A DNA stretch of 8,006 bases from Leidyana gryllorum EB-2025a (GCA_048772705.1 JBLWGC010000101.1:1-8006), one strand, 5' to 3'; counted from the stretch's first letter, positions 1-6,525 are shown. Translations and numbers: made by a program. The notes: a model not told the origin generated them from the letters alone.

Positions 1-18
1 CCCTCCAACCACATCGCA

Positions 19-100
19 CAACAACTGCTGGATTTGAACCAGCGCGGGCCAGGCCCAGTACATTTCTAGTCTACCCCCTTAACCACTCGGGCAAGTTGCC
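19..100 (-). tRNA. tRNA-Ser(AGA), variant copy
   Basis: Revcomp GGCAACT..GTAGA-CT AGA AA-TGTAC, long variable arm, GTTCAAATCC. Same body as Ser(TGA) at 3041 and 7493. One anticodon-stem mismatch. Confidence 0.85.
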
Positions 101-148
101 GCTGTCGAACTTGGCATTTTGCAGCCAGTGGCTTCGCATACGGTTCAG

Positions 149-223
149 CACTGCTCGCCCCCCCCCCGAGCCCGCGGTTCTCCCATCAAAAGTCTTGCGC
201 TCCACCGACGGAGTTGGGGCGGC
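149..223 (-). pseudogene. decayed tRNA-Lys
   Basis: Aligns to the Lys copies at 525 and 1914 (aaaagtcttgcgctccaccgac..ggggcggc). T-arm replaced by a C-run. Confidence 0.75.
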
Positions 224-402
224 AAGGAAGCTCGCCCTGTACTCGGCGAAGGCCCGGCGAAGGCCCAAGATTCCACGATCAATAAAAATGGAATTGGTTA
301 CTAACCGAATCTGTATCAGACATTCACTCACTTGATCACGCCGGCATACCATTTTTTCCAAGACGGTACGGCTCTCGGCCGAAGCCCCAACTCAACCACT
401 CG

Positions 403-475
403 TCCACTGTAGTCTAAGTGGCTAGGATATGCGGCTTTCACCCGCACGATCCGGGTACAAGTCCCGGGAGTGGAA
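403..475 (+). tRNA. tRNA-Glu(TTC), damaged (T-loop GTACAA, acceptor mismatch)
   Basis: TCCACTG..TGCGG-CT TTC AC-CCGCA. Two substitutions relative to the intact copy at 7790. Confidence 0.85.
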
Positions 476-524
476 ATCCAGCAGAGTGTGGTTGTAGGTA
501 ACGGCTTCCAGAGACATTGATTTG

Positions 525-597
525 CACCGCCCGCGGGGCTCGGACCGGCGACTGCAAGATTGAAAGTCTTGCGCTCTACGGACTGAGCTAGGGCGGC
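525..597 (-). pseudogene. tRNA-Lys body with TTC (Glu) anticodon, probable pseudogene
   Basis: GCCGCCC..CAAGA-CT TTC AA-TCTTG. D-loop GG->CG and T-loop TCCGA relative to the 1914 copy. Confidence 0.8.
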
Positions 598-698
598 AAC
601 GAAGCTCTAAACTAAGTTACACCCTATTTGCCGTTGGGTGGAGCTCTGGATCCGTTCGACCGGTGGAACAATGAGCTTCAGTAACTTCCGTTAACATT

Positions 699-769
699 GC
701 CTTCTTAGCTGGTGGCAGAGCATTCGCTTTGTAAGCGAAAGGTCGCCGGTTCGATTCCGGCAGAAGGCT
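699..769 (+). tRNA. tRNA-Thr(TGT)
   Basis: GCCTTCT/AGAAGGC acceptor, TTCGC-TT TGT AA-GCGAA, GTTCGATTC. D-arm is 1 nt short. Confidence 0.88.
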
Positions 770-862
770 TTGCTCACGCACTTAAGCTTTTCTGACTGGT
801 CTCTCAGTCTCGATAAGGATCTGAGAGGTTTGGAGGGGAATTGCAATGCACTTTAGATTGGT

Positions 863-934
863 TGTCCGAGCCAGGAATCGAGCCTGGGTTTGCACGGCCA
901 CAACGTGCTGTCCTAACCACTAGACGACTCGGAC
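863..934 (-). tRNA. tRNA-His(GTG)
   Basis: GTCCGAG/CTCGGAC-A, GCACG-TT GTG GC-CGTGC. T54 is C. No genomic G-1. Confidence 0.88.
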
Positions 935-1036
935 AAATCTTTGAGCGAGGCTGTAGAGGTAGCGAAGCATCGATCAGGATGGGATGGAACAGGAGCGTCA
1001 GACGAACTGCGTTGCAAGAAGTTCACTCCTCAAACT

Positions 1037-1115
1037 TCGGGTGGGACGGAATTTACTCGTGGAATATCTGATGCCACCACTACAGTCAGATACGTTACCA
1101 TCTAAGCACCCCGGG
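1037..1115 (-). pseudogene. possible relic of an intron-containing tRNA-Tyr(GTA)
   Basis: TCTGA-CT GTA G-[TGGTGGC]-A-TCAGA perfect anticodon stem and an AGATGGTA D-loop. Acceptor and T arms are degraded. Confidence 0.45.
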
Positions 1116-1211
1116 CCGTGAGAGTACTTCGGGGCGGCACACCGCAGCCAGAACGACATCGACGGTGGCAACGGAAGCCATTAACACTTTGGAACTCAGA
1201 AGGAAAGTAAT

Positions 1212-1295
1212 GCACAGATGCCCGAGTGGTCTAAGGGGCCAGACTCAAGTTCTGGTAGGCGCAAGTCTGCATGGGTTCGAATCCCATTCTGTGCA
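1212..1295 (+). tRNA. tRNA-Leu(CAA), intact, intronless
   Basis: GCACAGA/TCTGTGC-A, CCAGA-CT CAA GT-TCTGG, long variable arm, GTTCGAATCC. Confidence 0.95.
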
Positions 1296-1382
1296 ACGGC
1301 GATCATCCCAAAAAAAGCTGGAAAAGGCCACAGTAGATTCGAATCTCCATTCGTATATCCGGTTCCATGCACCCAAATATTC

Positions 1383-1452
1383 GGCTGTTGCTCTGCTGGC
1401 ATAATCCTTCTTCAGAGTGGAAGGAGTCCTGGGTTCGATTCCAGAACAGCCC
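1383..1452 (+). pseudogene. decayed tRNA-Pro
   Basis: GGCTGTT/AACAGCC acceptor shared with the 2174 and 7185 copies. D-arm destroyed, loop reads TC AGA GT. Confidence 0.8.
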
Positions 1453-1593
1453 TACTGGTCGTCGTTTGACTTGACCGGACATGTTGCCCTCAGAACCAAC
1501 ACAGCCACCTCGTTAGCCCGCTTCGGTAGGGCAGTCAGGGCAACTAACATCTCGAGGATCACATTTCGGCTACCTCTTCCATGTTGCAGACTG

Positions 1594-1666
1594 AGCAGTG
1601 TAGCTCAGTGGAAGAGTGTTAGGCTCATAACGCAAAGGTCCGTCGATCGAAAACGACGCACTGCAA
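1594..1666 (+). pseudogene. initiator tRNA-Met(CAT), damaged copy
   Basis: Near-identical to the 6976 copy, with two anticodon-stem mismatches, an extra A in the T-loop and an A1:A72 mismatch. Confidence 0.82.
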
Positions 1667-1714
1667 AGTGTGCGCAGAAGGGAACAGTTGCAGGATAGAT
1701 TGGCTCGTGAGCCA

Positions 1715-1785
1715 AGCCTTCTGCCCGAATCGAACCGGCGACCTTTCACTTACTAAGCGAATGCTCTGCCCCAAGCTAAGAAGGC
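1715..1785 (-). tRNA. tRNA-Thr(AGT), variant
   Basis: Same body as 6855, with a 1-nt D-loop deletion and a T-stem mismatch. Confidence 0.83.
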
Positions 1786-1913
1786 AATGTCAACTGGACA
1801 TCACGAATGAGTCCCTATTCACGGAAGTTACTGAAGCACATTGTTCCACCACTTAATACTTCCACTGTTCTACCCACCGGCAAATAGGGTGTAACTAAGT
1901 TTAGAGTTTCCTT

Positions 1914-1986
1914 GCCGCCCTAGCTCAGTCGGTAGAGCGCAAGACTTTTAATCTTCCAGTCGCGGGTTCGAGCCCCGCGGGCGGTG
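1914..1986 (+). tRNA. tRNA-Lys(TTT)
   Basis: GCCGCCC/GGGCGGT-G, CAAGA-CT TTT AA-TCTTC, GTTCGAGCC. Confidence 0.92.
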
Positions 1987-2020
1987 TGGATCTGTTGCCT
2001 GCAAGCACACTCAGCTGGAT

Positions 2021-2092
2021 TTCCACTGCCGGGACTTGAACCCGGATGTACGGGTGAGAGCCGCATAACCTAGCCACTTAGACTACAGTGGA
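2021..2092 (-). tRNA. tRNA-Glu(CTC), variant
   Basis: Glu body with loop CT CTC AC. 1-nt variable-loop deletion and a D-stem change. Confidence 0.85.
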
Positions 2093-2173
2093 CAACTTCC
2101 TCAGCTGCAGCTTTGGACGAGAGCCGTACCATCTTGAGATGAGATAGAGAGTCGGGTCAACCGACAACCAACG

Positions 2174-2245
2174 GGGCTGTTCTGGGAATCGAAGCCAGGA
2201 CTTCTTCCACCGGAAGGAAGAATCATACCACTAGACCAAACAGTC
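2174..2245 (-). tRNA. tRNA-Pro body with CCG (Arg) anticodon, possibly pseudogene
   Basis: GACTGTT TG GTCTAGTGGTATGAT..CTTCC-TT CCG GT-GGAAG. G53->C. Homologous to Pro(AGG) at 7185. Confidence 0.75.
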
Positions 2246-2332
2246 GGCTGTCGGTCGAGCAACCCACTGAGTACAGTCGAGAGAGTGGTCATACGATGTT
2301 GAGAACAAAAAAATCGATGGGGTCTGCACAAC

Positions 2333-2405
2333 GGGCGACTAGCTCAAATGGTAGAGCGCTCGCTTAGCATGCGAGAGGTACTGGGATCGATACGCAGGTC
2401 GTCCA
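2333..2405 (+). tRNA. tRNA-Ala(AGC)
   Basis: GGGCGAC/GTCGTCC-A with G3:U70, CTCGC-TT AGC AT-GCGAG, ATCG T-loop. One T-stem mismatch. Confidence 0.9.
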
Positions 2406-2482
2406 AACTCCGTACGGCGGCACCTGCTGGTATTTGAATACAGAGTTCCAACCTCTATGAGAGAGTCGAATACCGCAGATCC

Positions 2483-2554
2483 CGGTACTGCCAGGCTTCG
2501 AATCTGCGACTTTGTGTGAACACCCACACGCTTTGCCGACTGAGCTACAAGACT
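2483..2554 (-). pseudogene. decayed tRNA-Asn
   Basis: Aligns along its length to Asn at 5525, with many substitutions. Confidence 0.8.
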
Positions 2555-2688
2555 CAGTTGCGATGTTCTTCTAAGCAAGGAAGAATAATACCTTCAAACC
2601 AAACAGCCGCTACGGCACTCATGGTGTGTCAAATCACTCCGAATCTCAAGAAACACATTTCCGCTTCCTTTATGATATCCGACGCTCA

Positions 2689-2760
2689 AGTAGTGGAACT
2701 CAGTGCCAGAGTGTTGGGCTTACGACTGCAAGGTCCGTCCAACGGCACGACGCACTGTCG
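2689..2760 (+). pseudogene. heavily decayed initiator tRNA-Met
   Basis: ctcagtg..agagtgttgggct..aaggtccgtc..acgacgcactg matches iMet. Flanks also resemble those of the 1594 and 6976 copies. Anticodon lost. Confidence 0.75.
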
Positions 2761-2849
2761 AGTGTCCGCAGGAGGATACACTTATAGAATTTACTCGCAG
2801 AGGTCTCCTCCTATGCACTCGGTGGTCGTCGGCTGTCATTGGATCGATT

Positions 2850-2923
2850 TGCTCCCCGAGGGGATCGAACTCTCGACTCCCGGCACACAAGGCCGATGCT
2901 CTAACCAGCTGAGCTAGGAGAGC
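2850..2923 (-). tRNA. tRNA with nominal TGT anticodon on an Ile(TAT)-like body
   Basis: GCTCTCC/GGGGAGC-A, TCGGC-CT TGT GT-GCCGG, GTTCGATCC. Unrelated to the local Thr body, A73. Identity uncertain. Confidence 0.75.
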
Positions 2924-3040
2924 GATCACCGCCATGCCACCGCGGTGCCACCGCGTCACTCGCATTCGAATCTATCTCAGGGACATCAAGTGTGAACCGT
3001 ATGTGGAGCCACTGTCTGCGGCATGCCGAGTTCGACCGTT

Positions 3041-3121
3041 GGCAACTTGCCCGAGTGGTTAAGGGGTAGACTTGAAATCTACTGGGCCTGGCTCGCGCTG
3101 GTTCAAATCCAGCAGTTGTCG
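3041..3121 (+). tRNA. tRNA-Ser(TGA)
   Basis: GGCAACT/AGTTGTC-G, GTAGA-CT TGA AA-TCTAC, long variable arm. Confidence 0.92.
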
Positions 3122-3240
3122 TGTGCTGCGATCATCGGAGTAGGCGGCTGGGCTCAAAACACCAGCAGTACATGCTAAGGATTGCAGTGGCGACGCAGAG
3201 GCATCAAGTAAGTGAATCGGTGCCATCTGTCGTCGGAGGC

Positions 3241-3314
3241 GGTCGCGTAGCTCAGTCGGTTAGAGCGTGAGCCTAATAAGCTCAAGGTCCCCGGTTCGAG
3301 CCCGGGCGTGACCA
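3241..3314 (+). tRNA. tRNA-Ile(AAT), intact
   Basis: GGTCGCG/CGTGACC-A, TGAGC-CT AAT AA-GCTCA, GTTCGAGCC. Confidence 0.95.
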
Positions 3315-3411
3315 AGGCAGTGGATCTGTGATACAGAGTTGCCCTCGACCCAAAGAAGCCCCAACATTCTACGACGAATACGGATGGAATCTGTTACTAA
3401 GTTCGACAGTT

Positions 3412-3494
3412 GCCAACTTGCCCGAGTGGGGAAGGGGAGAAGATTTGATCTCTACAGGGCCTGGGCCGGGCTGGTGCAGATCCAGCAGTTGTCG
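3412..3494 (+). pseudogene. decayed tRNA-Ser
   Basis: Aligns to 3041. Anticodon arm scrambled, T-loop GTGCAGAT. Confidence 0.82.
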
Positions 3495-3542
3495 TGCGGT
3501 GTGATCGGACCCTGGAATGGTGGGAAAACCAACTGTGTCTTC

Positions 3543-3612
3543 TGCATCTGCCGGGAACGAACCCGGGTCGTCTCGATGGCAACGAGACATTCTACCACTA
3601 GACCACAGATGC
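3543..3612 (-). tRNA. tRNA-Gly(GCC), 1-nt T-loop deletion
   Basis: Identical to 4728 except TTCG-TT. Confidence 0.85.
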
Positions 3613-3623
3613 ATAATATCTTG

Positions 3624-3638
3624 TTGAGCTAGTCGCCC
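3624..3638 (-). pseudogene. 5' fragment of tRNA-Ala
   Basis: GGGCGACTAGCTCAA, preceded by the Ala upstream flank (aatgctatgaggtctgcacagc, compare 7322-7343). Confidence 0.7.
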
Positions 3639-3732
3639 GCTGTGCAGACCTCATAGCATTCCGTGGTTTTCGCCCCTCATCAGATACCTGTTTCCAGAGA
3701 CACACGCCCCTTTCACAGTCCGAAAGCTCCGC

Positions 3733-3805
3733 GCAGCCATGGTCTAGTGGTTACGACGTCTGCTTCACACGCAGAAGGTCCCGAGTTCGATCCTCGGTGG
3801 CTGTA
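3733..3805 (+). tRNA. tRNA-Val(CAC)
   Basis: GCAGCCA/TGGCTGT-A, TCTGC-TT CAC AC-GCAGA, GTTCGATCC. Confidence 0.93.
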
Positions 3806-3858
3806 GCTCGAAACTTTATCTGAGCACCACGAAATCTGAAGCGGAAAAACGAACTGTG

Positions 3859-3929
3859 CTCCGAGACCGCGAATCGACCCTGGTCTTCTGCGTGATAGGC
3901 GGAAATCCTAACCGCTATACTATCTCGGT
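3859..3929 (-). pseudogene. tRNA-Asp with ATC anticodon, damaged
   Basis: CCGAGATAGTATAGCGGTTAG..TCCGC-CT ATC AC-GCAGA. T-arm disrupted. Confidence 0.8.
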
Positions 3930-4024
3930 CGCTCTGGATACGCCGGCCTCCAACCCCAGAAGTTCTTCCATTTTTGAGATTCCACGGATAGAAAACGCGT
4001 GGGGCGGCGAGCCAACAACATTTC

Positions 4025-4104
4025 GGCAAGATGGCCGAGTGGTCCAAGGCGCTGTGTTCAGGCCGCAGCCCGAAAGGGCGTGGGTTCGAATCCCACTCTT
4101 GTCA
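4025..4104 (+). tRNA. tRNA-Leu(CAG), intact
   Basis: GGCAAGA/TCTTGTC-A, CTGTG-TT CAG GC-CGCAG, CCC-GAAA-GGG variable arm. Confidence 0.95.
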
Positions 4105-4236
4105 GGCGTTGTAGTCAGGACAACCTGCGACTTCATCCCAGCATGCCCCCACGATGCGCGCGGGACAGCCCGCCGTGCATGTGGCACCCGCCTAACTTTT
4201 GTCGATACAACTGCCACATGATTCTCCAGCTAAGTT

Positions 4237-4308
4237 GCCTTCTTAGCTTAGGGGCAGAGCGTTCGCTTCGTAAGCGAGAAGTCGCCGGTTCGATTCCGGC
4301 AGAAGGCT
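4237..4308 (+). tRNA. tRNA-Thr(CGT), intact
   Basis: Thr body, TTCGC-TT CGT AA-GCGAG. Confidence 0.93.
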
Positions 4309-4374
4309 TTGATGCATCGATAAGCTTATGAGGAATGGCTGTCACCACGTACAAGATTCACCAAATCGTGTTCT

Positions 4375-4445
4375 GCATCTGTGGTCTAGTGGAAGAGTCG
4401 CTCGCTGCCATCGAGATAACTCGTGTGCGATTCCTGACAGATGCA
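4375..4445 (+). pseudogene. decayed tRNA-Gly(GCC)
   Basis: GCATCTG/CAGATGC acceptor intact. T-loop GTGCGA and D-arm changes. Confidence 0.82.
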
Positions 4446-4489
4446 GAATGATAGCATGATGAGTTTGTCGGTGGTTTCGATTCTGACCG

Positions 4490-4562
4490 TGGGAGTGGAG
4501 AGGATCGAACTCTCGACTTCAGGATTATCAGACCTACGCGCTACCGACTGCGCTACACTCCC
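4490..4562 (-). tRNA. elongator tRNA-Met body with GAT (Ile) anticodon
   Basis: Identical to Met(CAT) at 6126-6198 except C34->G. Confidence 0.88.
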
Positions 4563-4617
4563 CCCCCGACTTTCTCCGAGGAATCACCTAAACCCAGAAC
4601 CATGCTGCCAGGCAGGT

Positions 4618-4651
4618 TGGGGCCGGGCTGGTGCAGATCCAGCACTTGTCG
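4618..4651 (+). pseudogene. 3' fragment of decayed tRNA-Ser
   Basis: Matches the 3' part of the 3412 pseudogene, including the GTGCAGAT lesion. Confidence 0.72.
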
Positions 4652-4727
4652 TGCGATGTGATCGGAGGGGTCAGACACCAACTCAAGCGTGAATCCCTGG
4701 AATGGTGGGAAAACCAACTGTGTCTTC

Positions 4728-4798
4728 TGCATCTGCCGGGAATCGAACCCGGGTCGTCTCGATGGCAACGAGACATTCTACCACTAGACCACAGATGC
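4728..4798 (-). tRNA. tRNA-Gly(GCC), intact
   Basis: GCATCTG/CAGATGC-A, TCTCG-TT GCC AT-CGAGA, GTTCGATTC. Confidence 0.95.
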
Positions 4799-4809
4799 AT
4801 AATATCTTG

Positions 4810-4824
4810 TTGAGCTAGCCGCCC
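4810..4824 (-). pseudogene. 5' fragment of tRNA-Ala (duplicate of 3624)
   Basis: GGGCGGCTAGCTCAA with the same flank. Confidence 0.65.
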
Positions 4825-4918
4825 GCTGTGCAGACCTCATAGCATTCCGTGGTTTTCGCCCCTCATCAGACACCTGTTTCCAAAGACACACGCCCCTTTG
4901 ACAGTCCGAAAGCTCCGT

Positions 4919-4991
4919 GCAGCCATGGTCTAGTGGTCACGACGTCTGCTTCACACGCAGAAGGTCCCGAGTCCGCTCCTCGGTGGCTGTA
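4919..4991 (+). pseudogene. tRNA-Val(CAC) with broken T-loop/B-box
   Basis: Copy of 3733 with GTCCGCTC in place of GTTCGATC. Confidence 0.82.
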
Positions 4992-5046
4992 GCTCGCAAC
5001 TTTCAGCGAGATCCGAAAGAAACAATCCTAAGCGCAACCAACTGTG

Positions 5047-5117
5047 CTCCGAGACCGGGAATCGATCTTGGTTTTCCGCGTGATAGGCGGAAATACTAAC
5101 CGCTATACTATCTCGGA
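5047..5117 (-). pseudogene. tRNA-Asp with ATC anticodon, damaged T-arm
   Basis: TCCGC-CT ATC AC-GCGGA. T-arm CAAGA-TCGATT-CCCGG does not pair properly. Confidence 0.8.
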
Positions 5118-5211
5118 CGCTCTGGATACGCTGGCCCCCAACCCCAGAAGTTCTTCTATTTTGAGATTCCACGGATAGAAAACGCGTGGAGCGGCGAGCC
5201 AAGAACATTTC

Positions 5212-5291
5212 GGCAAGATGGCCGAGTGGTCCAAGGCGCTGTGTTCAGGCCGCAGTCCGAAACGGCGTGGGTTCGAATCCCACTCTTGACA
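5212..5291 (+). tRNA. tRNA-Leu(CAG), variant
   Basis: Copy of 4025 with a G2:A71 mismatch and an altered variable arm. Confidence 0.88.
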
Positions 5292-5351
5292 GCCGTTGTG
5301 TCGGCAGTCGGTCAGCCACTGGATGCAATAGGTCTTCCATGTAGTGCGGAT

Positions 5352-5424
5352 GGGCGACTAGCTCAAATGGTAGAGCGCTCGCTTAGCATCCGAGAGGTAC
5401 TGGGATCGATGCCCAGGTCGTCCA
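5352..5424 (+). tRNA. tRNA-Ala(AGC)
   Basis: As 2333, with a C31:C39 mismatch. Confidence 0.9.
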
Positions 5425-5524
5425 AAGTGCGTATGGCTACACGTGGCGGGAGTCACTCTGAAGGGTCGCAGACCACGGTGCCATTGCGAGAGCAGGGCAG
5501 TCAGTGTCTGGGGTGCCTCTGAAA

Positions 5525-5597
5525 CGGTCCTGGCAGGTTTCGAACCTGCGACTTTGTGGTTAACAGCCACACGCTCTGCCAACTGAGCTACAAGACC
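5525..5597 (-). tRNA. tRNA-Asn(GTT), intact
   Basis: GGTCTTG/CAGGACC-G, TGTGG-CT GTT AA-CCACA, GTTCGAAAC. Confidence 0.95.
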
Positions 5598-5742
5598 CAG
5601 CTACAATGTTTCAGAGGTTGGTAGAGACACCCTCCTCTTTCTACAACAGGATTCTGCAACCCCTTTGTTGTAGGTTCACCCGACAGACCACGTCTTGTCA
5701 AGAGGGTACGGCTCTCGGCGAAAGCTGCAGCTGAGGGAGTTG

Positions 5743-5794
5743 TCCACTGTAGTCTAAGTGGCTAGGATATGCGGCTCTCACCCGCACGATCGGG
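5743..5794 (+). pseudogene. 3'-truncated tRNA-Glu(CTC)
   Basis: Perfect Glu 5' two-thirds. Similarity ends in the T-stem. Confidence 0.85.
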
Positions 5795-5950
5795 CCGTGC
5801 ATACCCAGGCCCGAATCCTGGCTTGGATAGTATGTACCCGATGTCTCGAATGGGAGATGTGGGTGAAGTCTGCCCAGACCCACCATCGGGCGTAGCTCCC
5901 CACGTCCTCTCTCGATCGCTACACACTTCCATTTGACGGCTCTGCTAGTC

Positions 5951-6023
5951 GGCGCTATGGCCTAATGGATATGGCATCGGTCTACGGAACCGGGGATTCT
6001 GGGCTCGAGTCCCAGTAGTGTCT
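5951..6023 (+). tRNA. tRNA-Arg(ACG)
   Basis: GGCGCTA/TAGTGTC, TCGGT-CT ACG GA-ACCGG. T54 is C. Confidence 0.87.
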
Positions 6024-6125
6024 GGGCGAGTGGTCGGGTTCCAGCCCCTCACTGTCCTTGTTGTGGATACAGCATCCCCGTACACCCTTTTGACAGGAGG
6101 AGATGCATCGAGAGAAGTTCCACTA

Positions 6126-6198
6126 GGGAGTGTAGCGCAGTCGGTAGCGCGTAGGTCTCATAATCCTGAAGTCGAGAGTTCGATCCTCTCCACTCCCA
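6126..6198 (+). tRNA. elongator tRNA-Met(CAT), intact
   Basis: GGGAGTG/CACTCCC-A, TAGGT-CT CAT AA-TCCTG (U31:U39, typical of eukaryotic elongator Met), GTTCGATCC. Confidence 0.95.
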
Positions 6199-6242
6199 CG
6201 GTCGAAATCGAAACCGCCGACAAACTCATCTTGCTATCATTT

Positions 6243-6313
6243 TGCATCTGTCGCGAATCGCACACAGGTTATCTCGATGGCAGCGAGCGACTCTTCCACT
6301 AGACCACAGATGC
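6243..6313 (-). pseudogene. decayed tRNA-Gly(GCC)
   Basis: Shares its lesions with the 4375 copy. Confidence 0.82.
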
Positions 6314-6378
6314 AGAACACGATCTTGTGAATCTTGTGCGTGGTGACAGCCATTCCTCTTAACCTAATGATGCATCAA

Positions 6379-6450
6379 AGCCTTCTGCCGGAATCGAACC
6401 GGCGACTTCTCGGTGACGAAGCGAACGCTCTGCCCCTAAGCTAAGAAGGC
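6379..6450 (-). tRNA. tRNA-Thr(CGT), variant
   Basis: Copy of 4237 with A37->C and G39->C. Confidence 0.83.
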
Positions 6451-6525
6451 AATGTAAGCCGGGTATAACGAAAAATCGCTATAGACGTAGATTAGTGGAG
6501 CATTTTGCTAGAGTAGTTCACTGAC

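Larger units (their letters stand above)
358..770. repeat. Glu-Lys-Thr cassette, inverted copy at ~1715-2135
   Basis: Gene order is mirrored and the spacers align (ctctaaactaagttacaccctatttgccg versus revcomp of 1879-1907). Confidence 0.88.
1383..1830. repeat. Pro-iMet-Thr cassette, inverted copy at ~6805-7255
   Basis: Shared spacers, e.g. gttgccctcagaaccaacacagccacctcgttagc and catttcggctacctcttccatgttgcagactg. Confidence 0.9.
2150..2447. repeat. Pro-Ala cassette, direct copy at ~7162-7457
   Basis: Shared gtcgggtcaacc, gtacagtcg, atggggtctgcaca and ggcacctgc..gtatttgaa.acagagt. Confidence 0.85.
3472..4112. repeat. Ser-psi/Gly/Ala-fragment/Val/Asp/Leu cassette, direct copy at ~4620-5299
   Basis: Near-identical genes and spacers. 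The second copy has 28 extra nt at 4667-4694. Confidence 0.93.
4229..4562. repeat. Thr-Gly-psi-Met cassette, inverted copy at ~6126-6459
   Basis: Spacers align (gaggaatggctgtcaccacg, gatagca.gatgagtttgtcgg.ggtttcgatt). Confidence 0.92.

Noticed and set aside
2985-2993. U2 snRNA-like atcaagtgt
   Set aside because: The branch-point pairing GTAGTA and the rest of U2 are absent.
4490-4562. Evidence for an alternative genetic code
   Set aside because: The switched anticodons are sporadic, normal counterparts are present, and there is no CDS in the window to test codon meaning.
4667-4694. Two separate 28-nt indels (here and near 691 versus ~1793-1820)
   Set aside because: The sequences are unrelated and n=2, so this is probably coincidence.
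5641-5673. Small spacer hairpins (also 801-828)
   Set aside because: They have no U-tract, occur once each and are plausible by chance.
5836-5892. tRNA-Sec-like words on the minus strand (gcccgatg..ggtctggg..cagacttca)
   Set aside because: The segment is far too short and the Sec cloverleaf cannot be formed.
5837-5915. Hammerhead or HDV-like ribozyme
   Set aside because: There is no CUGANGA/GAAA core, and no P3 pairing around ccccacgt.
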